Both the position numbers and the translations under genes were made by a program. This document shows, piece after piece, positions 54,386-64,000 of a stretch of 64,000 nucleotides of DNA; the stretch's first letter is position 1, and the number at the start of each line of letters is the position of its first letter. The stretch is from Octopus vulgaris. Its lineage: Eukaryota. The notes below the pieces were generated by a model. That model did no database searches. It was given only the letters and a program-made list of their open reading frames with translations, and was not told where the DNA came from. Where the stretch lies: contig OX597826.1 in the NCBI GenBank assembly GCA_951406725.2, positions 61,008,001-61,072,000 on the forward strand. Direction: 5' to 3'.

Positions 54386-55079
54386 ATAGGTGGCTGTGCA
54401 CGCATGCGTGAGGTGTTTTTAATGTTGGTTTCTTGCGTGTTTTTTGCGGGAGTAAACTCCTATCAGAAACCAACAATTATTTTGTAATACGTGTGCGTGC
54501 ATATGTATTCCTATGTATTCCTATCTAGCGCTTAGTACTTCTTTGTTATGAGTATGCATGTATCTGGATTATTTGAATGTATGTCGGTTCTGAATGTATG
54601 TATGTATGCATGTATGTATGTATGTATGTATGTATGTATGTATGTATGTATGTATGTATGTATGTATGTATGTATGTATGTATGTATGTATGTATGTATG
54701 TATGTATGTATGTATGTATGTATGTATGTATGTATGTATGCATGTATGTATGTATGTGTATGTATGTATGTATGTATGTATGTATGTATGTATGTATGTA
54801 TGTATGTATGTATGTATGTATGTATGTATGTATGTATGTATGTATGTATGTGTGTATGTGTGTATGTATGTATGTATGTATGTATGTATGTATGTATGTA
54901 TGTATGTATGTATGTATGCATGTGTGTATGTATGCATGTGTGTGTGTATGTGTGTGTATGTGTGTATGCATGTATGTATGAATGTATGTATGTATGTATG
55001 TATGTATGTATGTATGTGTGTGTGTGTATGTGTGTGTGTCGCGTGTGTGTATGCTTGTTTGTTTGTTTGTGTGTGTGTA

Positions 55080-55137
<58 letters not shown>

Positions 55138-55508
55138 TGTTTATACGTGTGGAAGTCTGCGTTGAACTTGTGTATGTATGTCGGAATACTTTAGGTTCAA
55201 TACATGTGTGTGTGTATGTGTGTGTGTGTGTGTCTGTGTACAGTTCTATGTTTGTTTACAACTCTATTTGCAAATGTTTGACTATATGTATGCATACATT
55301 TGCCGGCGCAAGAGCATGAGTGTGTGTGTCTGTGTTTAAATGTCTAAGTCAATGCATGGAAGTGAGGCACCGTATATTTAAAAGTGAAAATGTCTGTATA
55401 AATGTACGAGTCTATAAATGTTACGAGTGTAATTTTGTCTTGTGATGCTTGCGCATTATCGTTATCGTGTGTGTGTGTGAGAGAGAGAGAGAAAGAGAGA
55501 AAGAGAGA

Positions 55509-55543
<35 letters not shown>

Positions 55544-55551
55544 TGAGTATA

Positions 55552-55582
<31 letters not shown>

Positions 55583-55807
55583 AAGAGAGAGAGCGTGAGT
55601 ATATGTGTGTGTGTGTAAAAATGTGTTGAGTGTTTCTCACATTGCTTCTGTATGTGCGCATACACACACACACGCACACATACGCACGCGCGCGCACAAA
55701 CACACACACACACGCCATGATTCTCAATTTGCCTGTCAGGTTTTCTGATGTAAAAATCATTAAACGGTATTTTTAAATGCGGGCCATCTTATACTCACTC
55801 ACACATG

Positions 55808-55838
<31 letters not shown>

Positions 55839-55873
55839 ATATATATACACACGCACACATGCCAATATGCATG

Positions 55874-55910
<37 letters not shown>

Positions 55911-55975
55911 AGACATACACACACACACACATAGCGTACTCACTGCGCTACTATGATAACATGTGTATGCGTGTG

Positions 55976-56080
55976 TATATGTGCTTGAGTATGTGTCGTT
56001 TATATGTGCTTGAGTATGTGTCGTTTATATGTGCTTGAGTATGTGTCGTTTATATGTGCTTGAGTATATGTCGTGTATAT
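55976..56080. repeat. 25-bp tandem repeat x4
   Basis: gtgcttgagt recurs at 55981, 56006, 56031 and 56056. Confidence 0.95.
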
Positions 56081-56339
56081 GTTTGTTGCAGAATATGTTC
56101 TGCGTGCGTGATATCATATATGTTTGTGCATGAATGCGTGAGAGGAAAGAGAACTTTATTGGCTATATTTGAGTATGTATGTCTGTGAATGTATGCATGC
56201 GCATGTTAGTTTGTGTAAGCTTGTGTTGATGGCGTCGAGGCTGGGGTCTGCTTAAATCGGTTTCCGAAATCTCTGAGTTGAAAGATTTTGTCGATAGCTG
56301 CAGGTTTATTCAGTTTGGTAGGGTTCATTGAGTTGTTAC

Positions 56340-57043
<704 letters not shown>

Positions 57044-57882
57044 AGGTACATAAGATAGATAGATAGGTAGATACATAGGTGTGTAGGTAGATAGATATAG
57101 ATAGATTGTTAGACTGGTAGATAGATTTAGATAATAGAGAGGTAGAGATAGACTTGTAGGTAGATTGATAAAGACGTAGATAGACTGGTCGGTAAATAGA
57201 TAAAGAGGTAAATAGTCTGGTAGGTAGAAATATAAATGGATAGATAGACTAGTAGAGAAATAAAGAGAGAGAGATTTAGGGAGGTAGGAAAATTTTCAGT
57301 CTACCTTTCGTCTAATATTTTAGGATCTGAGGAATCTGGCCGATTTTTTTCCAGTGCTTTTCTACTTCCTGTTAAATTGTACTCATTAGTCCCTCAAGTT
57401 GTCTCTTAAATTCAAACTCATTGGTCCTTTGAAATTACGTTCATTTATCCCTATCTATTGTAGCAATTGGTCCCTTTAAAATGTACTGATCGATCTCCTT
57501 GTACGAATTGGTCCCTATACAATGTACTGATTCTACCCTGTAAATTCATTCAAGTTGATACGAAATATAACCATTCCACCTAATGTACATAGTCATAGAC
57601 ACACATAACCACGCATTCACTAACACACAGACAGAGAGATACACGTATATGTAGACTGGCGTACACTTTAGTTCATTGATAATAACTTATAACAACTAAC
57701 TACACATATTTATAACAAATATACACGTCTTCATAGCATGGATACGCACGTTTTTTTTTAATATAGAATGTATACAAACCTCATTAAACTAAATATACAG
57801 ACATTTTTATAGTAGGTATATATACATCTTTATAGTATGCATACCGACATCTTTACAGCAAGTATGAACGCGTCTTTATAAC

Positions 57883-57916
<34 letters not shown>

Positions 57917-57920
<4 letters not shown>

Positions 57921-58147
57921 TTACTACCCACAAGGGGCTAAACACAGAGGGGACAAACAAGGACAGACAAACGGATTAATTCGATTAGATCGACCCCAGT
58001 GCGTAACTGGTACTTAATTTATCGACCCCGAAAGGATGAAAGGCAAAGTCGACCTCGGCGGAATTTGAACCCAGAACGTAACGGCAGACGAAATACGGCT
58101 ATGCATTTCGCCCGGCGTGCGAACGTTTCTGCCAGCTCGCCGCCTTA
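57917..58147 (-). mobile_element. SINE family A, young-looking copy
   Basis: Complete copy; TSD aacatgtatata with the TA expanded in the left copy. Confidence 0.92.
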
Positions 58148-58739
58148 CAACATGTATATACACGTTTCATGGCATGTGTGCACGTGTATATAGCAAATAT
58201 ACACTCGTCTTTATGTCATGTGTACACATGCTTTAATAGCAAGTATACGTACATTTTCGTTGCACCTATACACAGTTTTTTGGGGGGCTTTTTTTTTTTG
58301 CAAGACTGCACCTATATTTATAATATTAATACGTACGTCTTTTTAAAATAACTATACGCATATTTCTAACTGAACACACATTATTATATGCACATCTTTT
58401 ATATATACTCCTACCATATTTTATTCTTTTACAAGTTTCAATCTTTGTATAATGGCCATGTTGGAGTATCATCTCCCCAGTTTCTAGTCGTTTATATAGA
58501 CCTATTTCCCCCTAATCAGGTCATTTTATCGGTTTCATTTAATCGAATGGCGTTCGCCTTATGTTAGATACACTTCGTAACGTTATTTCCCTTTGCGGAT
58601 TAAATATCACAAGGAATATATAATGATTAACACCAGTATAAACGGAACACAAACCTCAGAGATTCATCTCATAAGATTTTACTACAAACATTGCATAATC
58701 CATGGAAACAATCTGATCGTGCACATATCTGTCATCTTT

Positions 58740-58936
58740 TACTTTTTTCCTTGCTTCAGTCATTCGACTGCGGCCATGCTGGAGCATCACTTTGAAGAAG
58801 GGGTTTTTAGTCGTTCAGTTTTTTAATCGACACCAGTATTTATTTTTCTCAAAAGCTGGTATTTTTTCTAACTGTTTTTTTTTGCAGAACCGCAAGATAA
58901 CGGGGACGTAAACAGGCATTGTTTCTCAAGCTTTGG

Positions 58937-58989
<53 letters not shown>

Positions 58990-59175
58990 AACAAACAAGC
59001 AAACAAACACATACACGACGCGCTTCTACGCAGTTTTCGTCTGTCACATTCACTCTCAAGGCATTCATCGGCTCGGCGCTATCGTGGAAGAAACTTGCCC
59101 AAGATGTCGTGCAATAAGACTGAACCCGAAACCATGTGGTCACAAAGCGAACTTATTAATCACGCAGCCATACCT
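58740..59175 (-). mobile_element. SINE family B (diverged)
   Basis: Reverse-complement homology including the (CA)n tract and cagtcattcgactgcggccatgctggagca. Confidence 0.85.
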
Positions 59176-59532
59176 TTGCCTATATAAAGCATTTTTTATT
59201 TCTTTCTTTCCTTTTTCTTTTTTTGTTTGTCTTTTTTTGTCTTTGTAATTGTATGTGGATTTTCTACTTGCATCGAACTGTAGGCACAAGAATTCTACCT
59301 ATACCTTGTTGAAAACAAGGGTATGACTGACAAAACCACATCGTATATGCATTAGTATCAGGAATAACCGAGACACACAAGATTAGTCAGACTAAATTAG
59401 AATTTTGAAAATTATTTCGTCATGAAACAGTAAAGTTTTAACAAGCTTATAGGATATCACCACATCATATAATCGTTAAGATATCAATCATTTTATATAG
59501 CAACTGTATATATACAATCAACAGTAACAAAT

Positions 59533-59770
59533 CCGTAGCGTAGCTTGGAGGAAACAATGGTGGCAGGGTAAATGCTTCAGGCAACACTTTTCTGGAGGCA
59601 TCATTTTCGGTCGGTTGCATATGGCTCTATAGGGAGTAGAGGGCGGAATTCATCGGTCGACGCTTTTATGGGGACGGCATATTTAGTCAGCTGATTATAC
59701 CTGTATAAGGGTGGGTAAGCGGTAAACTAAAGGGCTACTCCGGGCGGCACGCATTCTAGTTACGCCACTG
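59533..59770. mobile_element. hAT-like MITE
   Basis: Imperfect TIRs ccgtagcgtagct / agttacgccactg; imperfect 8-bp TSD taacaaat / caaccaat. Confidence 0.6.
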
Positions 59771-60719
59771 CAACCAATATACAAATGTAACTACCAGGAT
59801 AGTGAATGCTCCCATAAAATATTCTGTATAAAATGTCTGCAGCGAAATCCCTTCTATATATATACGTACTAGTGTCGGTTTGATTCACTATCCCCTTCAA
59901 CGTAGCGTCCGAGGACAGCTACGGTCCACTGAGTGAAACAAGCAAGAGAAAAGAATAAAAGAATTAACAGCGGAATTGAAATATAAAAACATTCTCGTCA
60001 ACGTGAAACCGCAAATGAAATCCTCAGAGCTGACACCGTAAGTATAATCATTATAAAATTCACACATCAAAATATGACATCAGACACGCAGGTAAGACAT
60101 TTTTGTCGTAGGTGTCCATGCATTTACAACAAGGTGTCATTAATGTACATTATTGAAAGTTAACAATCAATGATTATAGTCAAAATGTAGAATAAAAATT
60201 GGCGTACAAATACAGATCCCGTGAAATGATTCACAAAAGTAAACTGGGTCTAAAAGTTAAACAATCTTAAATTGAGTAATATGTTTTTATCAGTTACAGC
60301 ACCATTCCCACGCTCTTTAGCCACCTACAGCAAAAGAAACACAGCAATAATAGCACCAACACTACTTCATTCAGAAGATGAAGCTAAAAAGGCCTCAAAA
60401 CGTAAAACAAAAATTTAAGAGCGTTATTATTTAAAAGTAACCAACAAGAAAATATGAAAAATCAACCTTAAAAAAAGATTCCGCACAATATCTATCAATT
60501 TATCCAGCCATCAATATTCTTTCAAATGGTCTTTATCATATGCAGAATTTTGTGATAAACGTGCAATATACTCAGAAGTACAGGTATGTCTTTTTTTAGC
60601 CGTCGTTGTTGAAATTAACTGAAATATAAAAGAATATACTGAAACGTATCTTCCCAATTATTATATAAGAACGATAGCCTTTTCTTTCCACGCCTAATCT
60701 GTGTCGCAGCAAATTAGAT

Positions 60720-60925
60720 TGTAAATTTTATCAGTTCTTTTTCAAAACTATTACATCTTCATACCTTTTCAAATCTATCGTTCAAATTTATCATTTTTCA
60801 AGCCGTTTTCTTAAAATTTATAATTTCTAAAGCGTTTCCATAAGATGTATAATTTCTATAGAATTTGCTTAAAATATTTCAATTTCTAAAGGCCTTTCTT
60901 AAAATGTATCATTTCTAAAGTGCTG
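60720..60925. repeat. Degenerate ~29-30-bp tandem repeat
   Basis: Recurring ttcttaaaat.tat.atttctaaag. Confidence 0.7.
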
Positions 60926-61199
60926 CTTTTTTTTTTTCTTTTCTAATTTTATCTTCAGTATGTATGACTTCATTCTAGATAATTATTTTATATTTATTCT
61001 GAACCTGTTAGAATCATTGTAACACATCCTTCTCAACTATATGAGTAAATCTAATAATGTTAAGATAAAATGGAGGAATGGTAAAAGCAAGTAGAGTGCA
61101 AAAGTAAAGGTTTTTGCTGTATTTAGTTCTCTCTCTTTCAGCTTTTGTTTGCAAAATTTCAAAGGAAGACAAAACAATCAGTATCTACCATGTACAGGT

Positions 61200-62391
61200 A
61201 TCAAACAGGGTGACTACAAAAATAATTGCAATTTTTTATCATCAAAACTAAAGCAAGATACCTCGGCCCTCAATCGAACTATTAAGTGTTAAAATCTACA
61301 CATTTTTGCGAATACGAATAAATTTTGGAGTCCTATGATCTCCAGAAAAGCCCGTACTACTCAAGAATTTTTCTTAAAATCCTTTTGAAGATAAGATTAG
61401 TCGCAGATAAGCTTTTGCGGTTGACAATAACCACTGAAAGGGTTATAAGTGATTCGCGCAAAACTAGTCATCGATGAGTTCTCTGAAGATAGTTTGTGCT
61501 ATTTGGTTTGTCGAAAGCTTTCTGTTGCATGAAGTTAGCGAGTGCTGTTCGCTCGGAAAACAATCTGATGGATAATGTGGTTGAAGTAGAGTTTCACAAT
61601 ATCATTCGTCTAATTTCTGAAGCGCCATTTGCAAGGTCTGTGGTCTGGTATTGCTATGGAGAAGAACTGATCATTTTAAAGTTGGCCAATCCATACTTGA
61701 CATAAATTATGCTGGTTTTGCTGCATTTCGTCGATCTCATAGCAATAATAGATCTCAGCTGTAATGGTTTTACCAGGTGTCATGAAACAGTAATGTATGA
61801 TTTCATTTGCAGAGCACCAAACAGTGTCTATAACCTTCTACTGATGTAGCTTCGCTTTGGGAAGTGTTTTGGTGCTTCACTTTTGATTTAGCTTTGCCGA
61901 TTGTCGACAAGGAACCAGCTTTTATGACACATCACAATACTGTCAAGAAATTGATTATTTTTCATTATTATTTTTTGTGCAAAGAAAAATGCAGAGTTCG
62001 TAGAAGACGTTTTCTTTTAATTCTTTTCGTTTAGCTCAAGTGGCACCCCTTTGTCAAACTTCCTTTTTTTTTCGGTTCCTAGCGTGATTCTTCCGCAGCT
62101 TCTCAAGCTATTTTACATGGGTTGGCTTCAGTAAGAGTCCTCGGCTAGTCGTCGTCAATTTCAAAAGCTTCTCTAAGATTTTCTTCGTCTTAGACAGCTT
62201 TCTTAATAAAATATTGAGTAGTAGGCATAGGCGCAGGAGTGGCTGTGTGGTAAGTAGCTTGCTTACAAACTACATGGTTCCGGGTTCAGCCTCATTGTGT
62301 GGCACCTTGGGCAAGTGTCTTCTACTATAGCCTCGGGCCGACCAAAGCCTTGTGAGTGGATTTGGTAGACGGAAACTGAAAGAAGCCCGTC

Positions 62392-62465
<74 letters not shown>

Positions 62466-62830
62466 GTTTGTGTGTCTGTGTTTGTCCCCCACCCAATATC
62501 GCTTGACAACCGATGCTGGTGTGTTTACATCCCCGTAACTTAGCGGTTCGGCAAGAGAGACCGATAGAATAAGTACTAGGCTTACAAAGAATAAGTCCTG
62601 GGGTCGATTTGCTCGACTAAAGGCGGTGCTCCAGCATGGCCGCAGTCAAATGATTGAAACAAATAAAAAAAAGGAAAAAGAAAGAAAGTACTAGATTTTT
62701 GGAACTAAGTTTTAATGATACTGCGTTTACGGTACCTGGCTCCATCCATAGTTTTTATTGCGTGTAGATTCTGCTGCGTTGCAATCCCTTTTGAACTCAT
62801 GGGATTCAATTATATGTATGTTTGTTTGTT
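61200..62830 (-). mobile_element. Decayed mariner transposon interrupted by SINE B
   Basis: Minus strand: EFK...NAAESTRN (N-terminus, ~62800), NQFLDSIV...EAPKHFPK..LHQ.KV..TVW.SA..IIHY.F..PGKTITAE, and a PSD-like C-terminus. Confidence 0.8.
62230..62690 (+). mobile_element. SINE family B, near-complete copy
   Basis: ggcgcaggagtggctgtgtggtaagtagc...ggttcag...accttgggcaagtgtctt (CORE-like)...(TA)n...cagcatggccgcagtcaaatga plus A-rich tail. Confidence 0.93.
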
Positions 62831-63010
62831 CGGATTGACGTACGTGAATGTATGGAAACAAGCATGCCAGAAAAGAAGTTCACGTTGTTAGGGGTCAACA
62901 CCACCAAGTGACGACTTTGCTAAGTGTTTTCCTCTGCATTAGCATCGGGAATTTAATAGAAGTAAACTGCAGAATCCACTCGAATACACATGTGTGTATG
63001 TATGCATACG

Positions 63011-63052
<42 letters not shown>

Positions 63053-63053
63053 T

Positions 63054-63087
<34 letters not shown>

Positions 63088-63088
63088 G

Positions 63089-63183
<95 letters not shown>

Positions 63184-63184
63184 G

Positions 63185-63285
<101 letters not shown>

Positions 63286-64000
63286 GCGTGTGAGTGTGTG
63301 TGTGTGTGTTATGTGTGAACGTGTGTGTTTATTTTTCGACAAAAAAGAAGTCGAAAGGAAAAAAGATGCTCTTTTTATTCCCCTCATTAAAATCCATAGC
63401 AATATTTGTTCTGCACCGAACTGCTAACACTCCCTTATCACTCTCGCCCAGTCAGAAAAGCATTTATCCAGTAATTTTCTCGTTTGAAAACCTATATCCA
63501 AGGATGCTATATGAATTAATATATGAATATATTTTACATATTTCCACTTGTTTCACCCAGGGTCTCAGGCTATACTGGGACACTGTGTTATTGATATACC
63601 TATGTATATAATTTGCTTGTATGAAATATATTTCTTAAGCATGAAAGCGTAGGTTTCTTTGAGTAAAGTTATAAAGAGTTTGTGTATTTCTAATGGAACT
63701 AAGATGAACAAATACCGACGCTCGTTTCGTGCTTAAATCGTCTGCAAACGTCTATGCTTGTACGTATCAGTGAGAATGCCTTTTGTAGGTTCGTAGGTGT
63801 GGGAATAATTGCTTGAATATGTGTAAGCGTAAGCAACGTGTGTGTATGTGTGCGTGTGAGTGTGTGTGAGTGTGTGTGCGTATGTGTGTGTGTGTGTGTG
63901 AATGATTCATTGTAGATGTGAAGGGAGATCGTTAGCTGAGTGCGAACGTGCGCACGTACTTTTGTCTCTTTGCGTGTGAAACACTTCTCTGTCTTCACGT

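Noticed and set aside
63710-63792. Minus-strand GAAACGAGCGTC resembling a hammerhead 3' half
   Set aside because: No properly placed CUGANGA and no helix II partner.

Overview
AT-rich eukaryotic non-coding DNA, saturated with microsatellites ((TA)n, (CATA)n, (GATA)n, (AAT)n, (GGTT)n and others). The SINE families and repeat density are most consistent with an Octopus/coleoid cephalopod genome (inference from sequence recognition, not a database result). I find no credible host protein-coding exon: nearly all supplied ORFs are microsatellite translations or decayed transposon fragments. The window holds at least five tRNA-derived SINE families, LINE remnants (CR1, L2-like, RTE, Tx1/L1, R4/Dong-like), Tc1/mariner, hAT and piggyBac-like MITEs, a Helitron helicase remnant and two or three Penelope-like element (PLE) remnants. 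The main discovery candidate is a set of small non-coding elements carrying minimal type I hammerhead-ribozyme (HHR) motifs. (1) A tRNA-headed SINE-like element with an internal (AAT)n tract and an HHR tail, present as a head-to-head inverted pair (40324-41088). (2) A ~145-bp unit with an atypical HHR core (22865-23468) that resembles the 3' end of a PLE at 46440-48895 and encloses a copy of ~245 bp of sequence from 3.3 kb upstream. (3) A third HHR family at 3643-3724. Together these suggest PLE-mobilised, microsatellite-associated ribozyme SINEs/retrozymes. Several microsatellite-anchored inverted duplications are also present. Coordinates of decayed elements are approximate and identities were judged by eye.
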